From Vicugna vicugna (Eukaryota), in NCBI GenBank assembly GCA_013265495.1, contig MU058636.1, positions 8,922,239 through 8,986,238 of the forward strand: a DNA stretch of 64,000 bases, in the 5' to 3' direction. The position numbers were made by a program, and so were the translations under genes. The notes under the pieces were generated by a model. That model was not told the DNA's origin. It saw only the letters and a program-made list of their open reading frames with translations, and made no database searches. Shown piece by piece: positions 37,650 to 50,200 of this stretch (its first letter is position 1; every line of letters starts with the position of its first letter).

Positions 37650-38814
37650 CAGAGCCAGCTTCACCCATGTGTCACCAGTACAATTGCACAGGGTTCTGCT
37701 CTCAAAAGGGCCCAGCACCTGGGGATTAGTGCTCTGTGTTCACCATCTATAAATTTTCAATAAATTTATCTTTAAATTTGTGTTTGAAATAAAAGTCCAA
37801 TGGGACAATGCGTAATGCATCAGAACTTGCAACCTGAGCCCACACATCACCCCTCCCCACCACCACACTCTCTCCACCTCCTGGACTCCATGGGAAAAGT
37901 TCTGAACAGCCACCCTCCACCCTCTGATACCCTGGGTCCTGCCCTGCCTCCCGCTATGGCCTCCACTCCCTGACCTCTGCCACCTTCCAGCCAGGGCAGC
38001 AACAGAGCCATGCTGCTGGGGAGGGGCTTACCTTCCTCTTGTTGCCCTTCACTGCCATGGGAGCCTGGGCAGGGGTCACGGGGAAGGTCAGGGTCACTTG
38101 TGTGTACCCTGCAATGTCTAGAGAAGGTGTATGATGATGGTTATCTCGTCCCTGGGCAGGCAGTGTCACAACATGTTTGATGGGCGAGCCTCTCTTGCAA
38201 CACTTGATCCAGGTACCAAGCGTGTATCAACTTGGAGGATGCAATCCCTTGGGGCGAGGGGTCACCCACTCAACCAAGTTTTTTTTTTTTAAGTATTTAT
38301 TTATTTTTTTGTATTTTTTTAAGTTAAAGTATAGTCAGTTTACAATGTTGTATCAATTTCTGGTATACAGCACAATGTTTCAGTCATGCTTCAATATATA
38401 TATATATATTCGTTTTCATATTCTTTTTCACTGTAAGCTACTATAAGATATCAAATATAGTTCCCTGTGCTATACAGTGTAAACTTGTTTATCTATTTTA
38501 TATATACCAGTCAGTATCTGCAAATCTTGAACTCCCAATTTATCCTTTCCCACCCCCTTCCCCTCTGGTAACCATAAGTTTGTTTTCTATGTCTGTGAAT
38601 CTATTTCTGTTTTGAAAATAAGTTCATTTTTTCTTTTTTTTATTTAGATTCTACTTATGAGTGATATCATATGGTATTTTTCTTTCTCTCTCTGGCTTAC
38701 TTAACCACAGTTATGATGGTTGCCAAGTAGGAGAGGAAGATTTACTTCCCTGCCCCTGCTGGGATCCTGGATTTTCATTTTGTACTGGGGCTGCAAATTA
38801 TGTACCTGACCCTG
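37650..38814 (+). mobile_element. MER45 (MER45C-like, hAT-Tip100) interrupted by a young L1
   Basis: 5' CAGAGCCAGCTTCACCCATGTGTCACCAGTACAATTGCACAGGG; 3' ATTTTCATTTTGTACTGGGGCTGCAAATTATGTACCTGACCCTG; GC-rich interior. Confidence 0.8.
38280..38703 (-). mobile_element. 5'-truncated L1 3' end nested in MER45
   Basis: T tail then aagtatagtcagtttacaatgttgtatcaatttctggtatacagc...gtgatatcatatggtatttttctttctctctctggcttactt; imperfect TSD aaccaagtt/aaccacagtt. Confidence 0.9.
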
Positions 38815-39029
38815 AGTAGCTACATAACACCTATTGGATGTCGTACTGAACAGAGGGAGAATAACGTACTACACTGTTCCCTCTAATGTGAAAGAGGATG
38901 ATGGGAAAGGAAGACTTCAACATATTGTCAGAACGGCTGCTGGGGATGTGGCCTCAGTTGGCCTGAAGGAACCTCCATGCACAGAGGTGTTGAAGCAAAG
39001 GAGATGACTCATGTGGTTAAAAAAAAAAT

Positions 39030-39830
39030 GAGTTATATACAGCATCTAAAAACCAAGTGAATAGACTGAGCATTATGGAAGCCAGATTTCTCATTGCTTG
39101 AGAAAATACAAATATAGAAATGGGGAAGGTGAGAATAAATCCTGAAGTGTTGGACTGGAATTGTGAACTCATGGTTTTTAACATATAAATAGATGGATGG
39201 CTATAGAAAGAGAGACAGATCTAAGTGGGCACATCATATATATTCCTAGTTCTGCCTGCTGAGAAGTTCTGGAAGCCCAGTAGCAATCAGAAATCCTAGC
39301 ATCCTGATCTTTGTTTCTAAATACTATTCTTCACTAAACAGAAACAGGACTCTGGGAAAATGGATGATTCCAGAGCAATGAAAGTATAAGGTGGAACTGG
39401 AATACTGCATGGTACCAGAAAGAGGAGATTGAAGACTATTTAGACATGGCCAAGGAGCAAAGGAATCACCTTAAAAGGGCCTTAATGTCCAAATGTGGGG
39501 CAATTTGAGCAGCAAAATAAATAATGATAACAATTAATCATAACCCATTGAGTAAAATAAGCATCATGGGTCCAGGCTGACCTAAAACGTAAATGAATGA
39601 GTGATGCGTAAGGGAAAGAAAGGATTACTCTACGTTACAGTAAAATGCCAACCATTAAATGTAGAAAGAATGATGAATTTAGAATATCACCTTCCAACAG
39701 CCACCACAGTAAAAACTGATTCAGGAAAAGAATAATCAGTGGAAGTTATGAAAAAAAAGAGTGGTGGTTTGAAAGAAACAAAGTATTTACCTAGTCTCAA
39801 AGTAGCTCCCTACCTATTTTTTTAAAAGCC
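39030..39830 (+). mobile_element. L1MC3/MC4-like 3' region relic
   Basis: gaagccagatttctcattg..aatatagaaatggggaaggtgagaataaatcctgaagtgttggactggaattg; ggggcaatttgagcagcaaaataaataatgata. Confidence 0.75.
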
Positions 39831-39849
39831 CTTATGATTTATTTAAAAA

Positions 39850-40250
39850 TTAAAATAAGAAGTGCATGTTGATATAAACAGCATTTTTGTTAAAATATTT
39901 TTTCAAAAATTAGTGAGCAGAGTGGCATTCCTTAATTTTGGGGTAAATCTTATTAATATTGGGATTACTGGAAGACAGCTGGATTCTCATATCTGCTTCT
40001 ACATTCACTCCAGTGTGACATGCGGCTTAGGTTGAACTACATGAAGAACATGTGGCCTGACACAGATGTGTCGCTGCAAAATGATAGAGTATTTAACAGC
40101 CTTTTCAGATAATGGTGGATATTCTTCTTTGGCACTACAGCAAAACTTAACAAACATTAGTTTCTTAAAATTTATTTAAAAATTTTTGTTTTTGTGGGAT
40201 AAAAATCGATCAATGAAATTTTCATACTGTTAAATTCCATTTATTTTGTA
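39850..40250. mobile_element. Charlie1-like (hAT) fragment
   Basis: gaagacagctggattctcatatctgcttctacattca...gccttttcagataatggtggatattcttctttggcactac. Confidence 0.75.
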
Positions 40251-40580
40251 TTTTTTAATTAATATACTGTACTCTTAATGGTTTTAGATTTACTAAAAAA
40301 AAATCAGATACTGCCGAGTTTTCATAAGCATCCGTACCCTACATGCAGTTTTTCCTGTTATTAAGATCTTGCACAATTCTGGCACATCTGTTACAATTGA
40401 ATCACTTTTGATACATTATTATTAACTGAAGCTCACAGTTTGCATTAAAATGTGCTCTTTGTGTGCTGCAGTTCTCTGGGCTTTGGCAAATACACAATAG
40501 CACATATCCACCATTACAGTGTCTTATGAAATAACCTCAGTGCCCTAAAGATCCCCTGCACTTCGTGTGTTCATCTTTTA
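40250..40580 (-). mobile_element. L1MC1/L1MD-like 3' end
   Basis: gttacaattgaatcacttttgatacattattattaactgaagctcacagtttgcatt...ccaccattacagtgtc...gtgccctaaagatcccctg. Confidence 0.75.
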
Positions 40581-41749
40581 TTTTGTTGTTGTTATTGTTA
40601 TTTAAGAAGTGGTTAGATGTAGAGTGACAAACACAGCTTTGGATCTAACACACCTAAGTCCATCAGCCTGGAAGACACTGTTGATGAAGCAATAATGGTG
40701 GAGCAGCAGCGGCATTGGAGGGGAGCTCTGGGTGGGGCTGCCTCCTCCAGGCCAGGGCTGATGATAACACGCGTCACTGCAGACCTGGGCTCCCCGATGC
40801 TCTGGGGCGTAGACTCCCGCAGTAACAGAAGTCTCCTAGAGCACATCCACTCCAGCCTTCCCACCTCTTTGAGTGACTGATCCGTTCATCACCATCTTCA
40901 GTGGCATTTCTGCTTCACTTAGTGTGAGCCTTTGTTTTCCAAGCTTCTGAGAATCAGCCTAGCAGATTAGCACCATTTCCCAAAGGTCCTGTATCCTGTG
41001 TTACAAGAGAGTACTTTTATATCAGCAAACACTTATCCAACGATATATTCTGTCTCCTTGGATCCAGCACGATTGGGATCAAGTCCCAGGTATACAGTCC
41101 TGTACATGTTTCTTGGGTCTCACAACCACTTCTATACTTTGTGCCTTTTCTCCTTTAGCAAGTCCGGGACTTTACTGCCCAGATTTTGTTGTTGCATAAA
41201 CCGAGTCATTGGTCTGATTGTCAGGGAGGTAGGAGCAGAGCTTAAGGGGAGCACGTGACGTCTTCCAAGGCAGAGCCTTCAACATCGTCCTCACTGGTGG
41301 AGGGCAGGTGGCGCTGCGGTGAGAGGTCCGCTCGCCAAGAGAGCGGGGATGAGCTGGATTGCCAGGCTTTCAAGTGAGTCCACCCAAATGCCACACCCCA
41401 AGTCTGAGGTCCCACTGCTCTGGGTCACAGCTCCCATCTTGGCAGAGCAGACTTGTTTAGGTTGAGAATTCAAACTTCCCCAGAGTTCAGTTACCCTTGT
41501 AATTAATCACCAGGCCTGATGCCAAGGGTTTACCGTAGGAGATTTGAGACTCTATATATGCTAACAAGGGATGTTTCACTTTCACTTTGCCTCCAAGTAT
41601 GATTTGTCTTTGATTAGTCGCCCTCAAATCTTCACAGTAAGAACCGTCTCATTCTATTATTCTCAAGAATAAATAAATTCTAATTTCCCCCAACCTCTTC
41701 AACACCTGAAACAATGCGCCAGCAAGAGGATTCTTTTCTATCGATAGCT

Positions 41750-41902
41750 CAGGGGGCTTTCAACCTCTACACTATTAGCATTTGGGGCAGGACAATGCCT
41801 TGTGCGGGAGCCGTCCTGTGTAGCACAGGATGTTTAGAAGGGGAAGGTGTCCCAGGTGGGAAAGGCGTGGGGCGGATAATATTACACCACTGAGAAGTAC
41901 TG
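41750..41902 (-). mobile_element. MER20 (hAT-Charlie), internally deleted
   Basis: tcaacctctacactattagcatttggggcaggacaat...gtcctgtgtagcacaggatgtttag. Confidence 0.7.
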
Positions 41903-42079
41903 CAGTGGCCCATCCTAGCTCACCACTGAAGAGTTTCAGTTACTGTACCTCCAGTGCTGCCCACACTCCATCTATTACCAGAGATGGTGCCATGCTGTCA
42001 TCAGGCCAGTGGTTATTCAGTTCTAAATTCCCATCCCAGGTTCTTCCTTCATGGTTGGTGTATTCCTGGAACCAACTGC

Positions 42080-42200
42080 TGTAGTTCAGGTTTCCAGGGG
42101 ACCGGATCCTGAGACGGACATTTGCACACAGGAAGCCTTCTGAGGAGAGCCCGCGGCACAGCATCCGTCAGGCAGTGAAGAAAGTGAGGGCTGGGCACCT
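42080..42200 (-). mobile_element. LTR16-like (ERVL) fragment
   Basis: caggtttccaggggaccggatcctgagacggacatttgcacacaggaag. Confidence 0.5.
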
Positions 42201-43446
42201 TTACATGCAGGTTCAATCACACACCAGTTCCCGCATCAATCCTCAGCTAACTAGGACCTAGCAGTAGCCACATTCTTACCGTCTATTGGGGAGTCAAGTT
42301 AGGTTGCCCTCCAAGAGCTGAGATCAATGAGACAACCATGGCTTCTGGATCCCAGCCTTGCTGCCTGTCCTTCTTAAGGATGATGATGTGAGTTAAACTC
42401 AGGACCCAAAGACACTAAGAACTACTTCTGTGCTACCTCCCACTGTATCTCTAAAGAACTACCATTTCTTATACATTGTGTCTTTAACCTTGTCTATAAA
42501 CTTCTGTAATCGTCACTTTTTATGATTTAAAATAAAATTTCACTGAAGGCAATTTTTAAAATAAAAAAACTATATCAAGGTCACTATAATGTCACAAGAG
42601 CTCTAGACGATTAATATTTTGCATTTTTCTTTGTATATGAATATATGCATATATTTATATAAGTGGACGTACCATGCATGTTTGTGTATATATTTAATGT
42701 GTGCATACTGTTTACATGTGTGTGTATGCATATATCACACACGGTCATCATGACTCAGAGTGGTGTGGCTGAAAGTATCAGAAACATAATCCAACCCATT
42801 AAAAAAAAATGATACACAGAAAACAGCTCACCAAATATTTGAAAATCTACAAAGAGAAAAGAGAAACAAGAAAGACATGTTACAGGCAGAAGTCAGTTTA
42901 CTACAAGCCCTCAAGCCCCAGTGACATTTTTTGCAGAAGAAACAGAAAGATGGTTCTATAGGAATCAGTTATCATACCCACAGAATCCATCAGATATAAA
43001 CAAACTATCCCCTATAGTAAGACTGGAAAGAAACTCAAATCTCAGGTCCTTACACACAACAAGCCATGCAATATAATGCAGAGCAATTTCAACAGTATTA
43101 AAACAACAAATTCACGGCTGCTCCTTATGTCTCAACATAAGCCAGTATAATCTTGGCCATGTGTAGTCCAATTAAAGCTGTTTAGCAGGTGGCCAGAAGA
43201 ATTGTGTCAGGCTCTGCAGGAGTCTGTTATTCTGGGCAATTCAACCAAAGACTTTAGCATCACTGTAGCAATGGTTTTCAAAAGGGGTTCCAGTGGAAGG
43301 CCTCGGGTTCCAGGTAAGGAGCAATTCATTTAAATTCTTAGAGTCCTTCATGAGAGTTTGTTTGAAAACAAATTTTTACTATTAAAAAATGACTATACTT
43401 CAATTTTTTTAAATGATAGCAAGTTTTTTTAAAAGCTTATTGTAGA

Positions 43447-43628
43447 AGAATAGATTAGCAAGATTATACTGTATGGCACAGGGAAATATATACAAGATCT
43501 TGTGGTAGCTCACAGCCAAAAAAATGTGAAAATGAATATATATGTTCATGTATGACTGAAAAATTGTGCTCTACACTGACACAACATTGTAAACTGACTA
43601 TAACTCAATAAAATAAAAATTTTTTCAC
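43447..43628 (+). mobile_element. Short young L1 3' end with TSD
   Basis: gcacagggaaatatatacaagatcttgtggtagctcacag...tgactataactcaataaaa; TSD aaagcttattgtaga (43432-43446) / aaagctattgtaga (43629-43642). Confidence 0.9.
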
Positions 43629-44562
43629 AAAGCTATTGTAGAGGAATTGATGGCCTGGTTGTTCTTCAGTCTTTGGTAAATATTCATTCTTTCAGCTACA
43701 CTTTTGATATTAAGTAAGGACATATTAAATATTAAATACCATGAAAACTGCCTCAAGTAAAACTATTCTAAATTGCTGAGCAAGCATGTAACAATATGTT
43801 TGAACAGTCAGAAAAACTGTGTGTAGCAGTTACTCAGTCATGCAAAGGTTGAGCAGCCTAACAAGGGAAAGAGCCGAAGTGCAGAAAGGCGTCCTGGGAG
43901 AATCCTTGTGCAACGCTGTTCTAGAGAAACTCAAACCGAAGCTGGAGAAATGACCTCCTTTGCCTATTCACAGCTCAAAGTCTAAACTATAGTCCGTTTG
44001 ATTTACAAAAGCACATCCAAAAGCACCAGACATATGAATACATTAATTGACTAATTAATTAATTAATGTACTAAATCAGTACAGGTGTATTTGTAGATTT
44101 AACTCTTAGATAATATATCACAGCCTTTGTAAAATCTGGATGAGCATGCTTTCATCTTCCCAGCAAAATAAGGCACACAAGAAAAAAAATGGAGGTTGAC
44201 TTGAGAGGTAGAAGACTTCTAGGATTTTCTTCCCAGAAAGCAACATTCCCCCGGGTGTTTTGTGTACATATGGTCAACTAGGAATGTGACTGTTCTGCTC
44301 AAGGGAGATCAAAGAAATAAAATATCAGAAACGTGCCACTGACAACTTTGTCACGGCCTTCTCTGTCTTCTATGTATCTTTTTGAGACCAATATACAAGA
44401 TTCATCTCCAAATCTTTTATACCAATTAATTATTTCCCCTGAAACATTATCCAAGTGTAGTCACTATAATAAACCAAAAAGTCATCCCCATTCTAACTCT
44501 AGTGTAGTATGTTCGTTTATACAATTCAGCTGAGTTCACCAAACATAATTATACAATGGCCA

Positions 44563-45150
44563 CTAAGTTAGACCTGAAATTCCAAAATCCTTAGAAGAAA
44601 ACCTAGGGAAAAAAATCTCCTTGATATTGATTTTGGCAACGATTGTTTTTGGCTGACACCAAAAGCATAAGCCACAAAAGCAAAAATAAATGAGACCCCA
44701 TCAAATTAAAAAGCTTCTATACAGCAAAGGAAACAGTCAAGAAAATGAAAGGTAGCCTACTGATGGGAGAAAATATTTGTAAACCATCTGTCTCATATGG
44801 CGTTAATATCCAAAATATATAAGAAACTCATACAACTCATTAGCAAAAACGCAGTCTGATTTAAAAATGAGCAGAAGACTGGAAGAGATGTTTCTCCAAA
44901 GAAGACACATCAATGGCCAAGAAGTACATGAAAAGATGCTCAACATCGTTAATCACTGGGGAAATGCAAATCCACAGTGGGATTTCACCTCACACCTGTT
45001 GGAACGGCTATTAGAAAAATACAAGCGATGACAAGTGCTGGAGAAGGTGTGAAGAGAAGGAAGTTCCTGTGCACTGTCAACAGGAATGTAAATTGGTGAG
45101 CCGTTATGGACAACAATATGGAGGTTCTTCAAAAAGTTTTTAAAATCTAC
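44563..45150 (+). mobile_element. L1MA-type ORF2 C-terminal fragment (decayed)
   Basis: aaaagcttctatacagcaaaggaaac; acatgaaaagatgctcaacatcgttaatcactggggaaatgcaaatc; cacctcacacctgtt; frameshifted with no intact ORF. Confidence 0.9.
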
Positions 45151-45976
45151 CTAATGAGGTGAGTCTATGACAGACACTTTGAAGTCCTCTCAAAAATTTT
45201 TAAATTGCTCTCTGTGGAATATATTATTTTAGTGAAACCTGTAAGCTATTCCAACGACTTTAATTTGTTTAAAGCAAATTAAAGATTTGGAAAGTGCGTT
45301 ACCCACACTATTGACAATTCTATGTAAGTTAGGGGAGAACGATGTGGATTTCTGTGTTTCTTCTGTACGTCTGTATGAACAGAGCTAAACAGCACAAGAC
45401 CACACGTAATCCACCCCTCTCTTTATGTAAGAGCAATAATGACAAATTTCTCTTCCATGGATATAGAACTTCCATGAAATGTTCCAGGGCTCAGGCTGCC
45501 CCACAGTGTACGTTTTGGGAGTCATTTTCGTCAAACCTGACTTTAGCAGCTCTCTGGCAAATTTAGCTAGGATATTATATCATATACACTTTACAGCGTG
45601 TTGTGAGTGTGCATACGTTCATTTCACATCAGTTTTGATTTATTTACCATCTTCATCTCCTTAGTTTTTCCGTGTGAGGATGTAGCATTTCATACTTAAA
45701 ACTTCACAGAAATCAAGTTTCTTTGGTGGTGTGTGAATCAATGTACTTACTGCTTGTGCATTTGGCTGTTATAAATATTTCATAAAATATAATTATCGCT
45801 CAGCTGCTTTTTCATTTTAGAGGAGAAGCATTTAGGGCTTTTAGTTCAGCACATGTCATTAACATTTGTGGATCTTGGAACTGAAACCCATTCATTAAAT
45901 ATGAAGGTTCACATAGTACAGAAAAGAACAAAGAAAACTAATCTAAACACACCTAGAGCTTTCAATATTGAAGGCA

Positions 45977-45992
45977 TAGTGCCATCTGGTGG
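45977..45992 (-). promoter_or_regulatory. CTCF core motif
   Basis: Minus strand CCACCAGATGGCACTA fits CCASYAGRKGGCRS at every position. Confidence 0.55.
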
Positions 45993-46234
45993 GAGAAAAA
46001 AATGTAGAGGAGAAATACAAAACACACTGTCCCCACTGATCACAGAAGGACGCTGAGGAACAGACAAAGGCAGAGAATCAGAGATTAAGTGTCATTTCTT
46101 AACCCTCAAAGGTCAGTTTGTTGGGGGGACAAGGTCCTAAGGGAAGAGTTAAAGATCTGCTGCAGGGCTACTTCAGACCATACTGTCGTGGGGGTATCTC
46201 ACGTGGGAAGAACTGTCTGATCTTACTCTCCACA

Positions 46235-47050
46235 CCTTCTTTCATTCATGCCTTTGTTTTTCATCCACCTGTTCTTTTAACGGCTTGTGAGGCACTGTTC
46301 TAAGCCAGAACACCCTTGACATGGTGGAACTTACATTCTGGTGGAAGGACGTGGACTATAAACAGATATTTTAAATGATATATTAGATGCTTCAGAGGAA
46401 AAAATTAAGCAGGGCGGGACTCCTGGGAGTGCTGGATAGAGGAAGGGTGGGGAGGTGGTTCTCCTAGCTTATAACGTGACATTTTAGGCAATAATAGGAT
46501 CAAATGTAAGAGTGGGCTGTGAGGACATCCAGGGCACGACAAAGAGCAAGGGCTGAGAAAGGTTCCAGAAAGGGCTGAGAAAGGGGCGTGGCTTGTTCAA
46601 GAAACAGGCAAGCGCGGCTGGAGCAGAGTGAGGAGGGGGAGAGCGCGTGGAGGGGAGGGGGCCAGACAGATGGCTCCCTGATGTTTGCACACTGTTTAGC
46701 CGTCTGAGGGACAATTTCTCAAGGAAACTGAGAGATTCTAGTGTTTATTACTTGAGACTGAATGAGAGCAAAGGAAATTCACTATTTATACATGAAATAA
46801 ATATTTATGAATGTCTATTATTTGCTATACCTTATAAAAATACTGAAAACATAGATAAATGAGGCCTTCAATTATGCCAGTCTAATGGGGAAGATAATTA
46901 ACATAATCATTAAAATAAAATGTCATAAAGGCCACATCAGTGTTGTGGACTGCATATTTAGGTGGCCACAATGAAAGAACTCTGGATATTACACATGAAA
47001 GTCTTCTGAAAAACGATGAGGCTGGGATGTATCTTAAAGACAGAGGGAAA
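46235..47050 (-). mobile_element. L2 fragments
   Basis: ttcattcatgcc...ggcactgttctaagc...ggaacttacattctggtggaagg; gcttgttcaagaaacaggcaagcgcggctggagcagagtgagg; second tail at ~46790. Confidence 0.65.
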
Positions 47051-47479
47051 ATAGAAAAATGCAGTGGGGAACTAGTTCTTCACCTTGAAAATGTCCTAAT
47101 TCATTGCTAAAAAAATTAAAATGAAAGCACAAAAGAGTTTATAAGGATTTGAAGTATTGCAACCTTTGTATCAATTTCTCCTGAAGTAATGTGATGGGGA
47201 GGCTGCCCTGTGTCTACCACAGAAAGAGCACATGTTTCTTTTGTCCAAGGAGTCTCCCCTGGACACCTGTGCACTCAGAGAAGCCCCTCTGCTGGTCACC
47301 ATAAGTGACCAGCCATTGACAATTTAAGAATTTAGAAAATGATTGCTTAAGCTTTTCTTTATATTCATACTCACCTTCCATTTCTCAGTCACAATTTTCA
47401 TTACAGCCTTTTTAACTACTTGATATTTTTAAAACCACATCCACTCTGGATTTTCTTTTCCCCTTCTACCCAGAATGTC

Positions 47480-47790
47480 ACCCTCTATCCACTGCCCACC
47501 ACCACATGTTCATCTGACTCATATCTTCTTAACATTTTACTTCATCTTTCACCTCCTCCAGGATGACTTCCTTGATTCCCTCAGGTGAAATTAAGACTCT
47601 TTCCTTATGACCCTCTTTAATACTATGTACCTAACTCAAATATATTTCTTCTGGAATTTTAACTTGTTCCTGCATTTATTTATTCTTCCATCAGAATATC
47701 AGCTTGGGGATCAGAGATTATTGCCTATTAATTTTTTACTCGATGTACTTATCACAGCGTTCGGAACATGGTAGACACATTAAATTTTTG
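47480..47790 (+). mobile_element. L2 3' fragment
   Basis: cacctcctccaggatgacttccttgattccc...atcacagcgttcggaacatggtagacacattaaatttttg. Confidence 0.55.
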
Positions 47791-48179
47791 CAAAATTTAA
47801 GTCAAGGGGAAGAAAAGATTCTAAGATGTGAACTAGGAAGGGTTATTTATCATTTCTGACATGAAAATATTTCCTATAAACAAGTGGCCTTAAATTCAGC
47901 ACAAACCGTTGGATCCACATTTTTAAAATTTTTATTCATTTTGAAGCTAATGAATTGCTTACTTCATCAACATCATTAAAGTTCAATTTCCTCCTACATG
48001 CATTACAACGTTTTAAAAAGCCTAAATGGAGAAATACAAATGATAGCAAATATCTAATTATTTTTCCTCTCTGTGAGGTTTCAAAAATACGTAACTTCAA
48101 TTTTTCTCCATATAGATGACTATGACAAATTATGAAAGTTTAAGTGATTCAGTGACATTTGGAGAAATGCAAGCTGAGG

Positions 48180-48810
48180 CAGGCTTCTCCCGGAGCGCTC
48201 CACGTGCAGAGGTTTGCTATCACGGACTAGCACTTACGCCAACTTCAAAGTAAGCCCCCTGCCCCTGCTGGTGGAAGGTCGCGGCGTGGAGCAGCCTCAC
48301 ACTTTCCAGCCATTATTCACCGTCTTCAAACAGGGTCATCTTAAGCAAGCCCTTCTGTGGAGATTGCGCTCTTTAAAGGAATCAGAAGCACAGCGAGGCT
48401 TAAAATATCACTCAACAGAAAGATAATGATGCTTTGGCAAGGTTGTGTCATTCGATCGTTAGTTCTTTCATAAGTGCCACTAAGTACCTCTTTGGCCAAG
48501 TGTCAGGTTTAGCAAACAATGTGTAATTCAAATCTCCAACGAGATTGGGCAGGAATGTGCACTGACTGATCAAGGTGGTGGCGGAATGAGAAAGCAGAGC
48601 GCTGTGGCCGGTGTTGGGTTCCTCCTTATCAGGACCGCGGCCCTGCTGGGGCTGACGGGGGCCGAAGATGCTATATAACGGCCGCCAAAAATAGGAGGTC
48701 GCCGGTCTTGGGCTGCTGGACCTGCTGCCATAATTATCAATAGTCTTTCGTAACAGAGAATTGATCAAGTTTAACAAAAAACAGACACGGTTTAAAAATA
48801 CCAGCTACCT
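48180..48810. promoter_or_regulatory. CpG-retaining non-repeat element; candidate striated-muscle/cardiac enhancer or promoter
   Basis: About 11 CpG in 48570-48720; MEF2-type CCAAAAATAG 48685-48694; TATATAA 48672-48678; GATA 48421-48426 and 48625-48630; NKX2 TAAGTG 48471 and CAAGTG 48497; TEAD GGAATG 48552 and 48583; CACGTG 48201. Confidence 0.5.
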
Positions 48811-48879
48811 AGTTGCCAGTGAAAAGTTAGTAGTCTTTCAATGAACATAAAACATTCCTAGAGGGAACTTGAAACATCC

Positions 48880-49085
48880 CTCCTGAGCACTGCCAATGCG
48901 TCAGGCTCTGCACTTGCCCCTTTACCTAAAGGCACTTGCTTTTATCTTCACCACAGCCCTATTCTCTTAGTGTTATGATGCCCACTTCACAGAATGAGGA
49001 AACTGAGGCTCAGAGAAGTTATATAACTTTGTCAAGCTCTCAGGGGTAGGAGGTGTCGCAGCTAAGATTTGAACTCAGGAATCTA
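48880..49085 (-). mobile_element. MIR
   Basis: aatgaggaaactgaggctcagagaagttatataactttgtcaag...gatttgaactcagg. Confidence 0.8.
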
Positions 49086-49842
49086 ATTTCCTTCCTGCTG
49101 TGGCAAACACATCTCTCTTTTACTCCTGGCTGCAATATTTCTGAATCTTATAAATCCCCTTTTCCCTGTCTTAACCAGTCTTTATTCTTCTTCTCATCTC
49201 CTTCCCTTATGGTTTCTAAAACCTTAGGAAAATGAACCAACTTCACTGCATGCTTCCCAAGATTTTGTCCATAACCTTCAAAACTCTCCACCAGGTAGAG
49301 GTGAATTCAGGATTCTTATTGTTTGGTAAGTGCACATTTCCTTGTGCTAGGAACCATTTCCAAACATAAGAAAATCAACCGTGTTTCAGAATGGACTCAA
49401 AAACAGGAAACAGAGAACACACTAGGGTCTGTGAACAGTTGCTTCATTGGGAAGATGCTCTCACCATTGGCAAAGTGTACAAATGCATCTCCTTGTCACA
49501 CTTTGCTCCTATCCGTGTGTAATGCACTAACACTTCACTTTGTCTCCAAATAAAGCTATTTCACCCTGACTTCTTGCAGAAAACAAATATTTCACTCGAC
49601 TTTCAGAGGTTGTTTTTCCCTAATTCTAATTCTTCAGATCAATGAGCAATAGCAGCTAGAGAACAAATTTGTGAAAAGGCCCTAAATTTCTGGAAATGTT
49701 TTCTAATTTTACGCCAGTTATAGGAGATTATTTATCTCCTGACATGTACCAAGATTTAAATTTTTAGACTTTTGGATTATAGATTAAAGATAAGCTACAA
49801 ATGTTCATAATTTGCTGGGCAATTCCTTTTTCTTGTTATATG

Positions 49843-49956
49843 TATTTTTAATTGAAGTATAGTTGGTTAGCAAAGTTGCGTTAATTTCTGTTGCACAGCA
49901 TAGTGATTCAGTCATACGTATATATTCCTTTTCATATTCTTTTTCATTGTAAGTTC
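49843..49956 (-). mobile_element. Short L1 3' end
   Basis: tttttaattgaagtatagttggttagcaaagttgcgttaatttctgttgcacagcatagtgattcagtcatac...ttttcatattctttttcatt. Confidence 0.85.
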
Positions 49957-49989
49957 ATTATTTCAATCCCCAACGCCTTCCCTTTTCAA

Positions 49990-50200
49990 TTTTGTCTGGC
50001 AATGCCCACCCACTGATAGGTACCACCTTCTCTGAGACCCTTCCCCATCCTGCCATAACACTAATCACACTGCATTCAAAATTGCCTCTCTCCCCACTGG
50101 ACTGTGAGCTTCTTGAAAGCTCAAGTTATGGGGACTACATTGTTTTATCTTTAGCATAGGCCCTGGCACATAGGTGCCCAGTGATTTTAAATGTACTTAA
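49990..50200 (+). mobile_element. L2 3' end
   Basis: cctctctccccactggactgtgagcttcttgaaag...gccctggcacataggtgcccagt. Confidence 0.7.

Noticed and set aside
4675..41320. Weaker CTCF-like strings at ~4676, ~36758 and ~41302
   Set aside because: Each has an indel or mismatches in the core positions.
48448..48777. 109-aa minus-strand ORF over the CpG-rich element
   Set aside because: TTG start and no homology recognised; better explained by the local GC content of a regulatory element.
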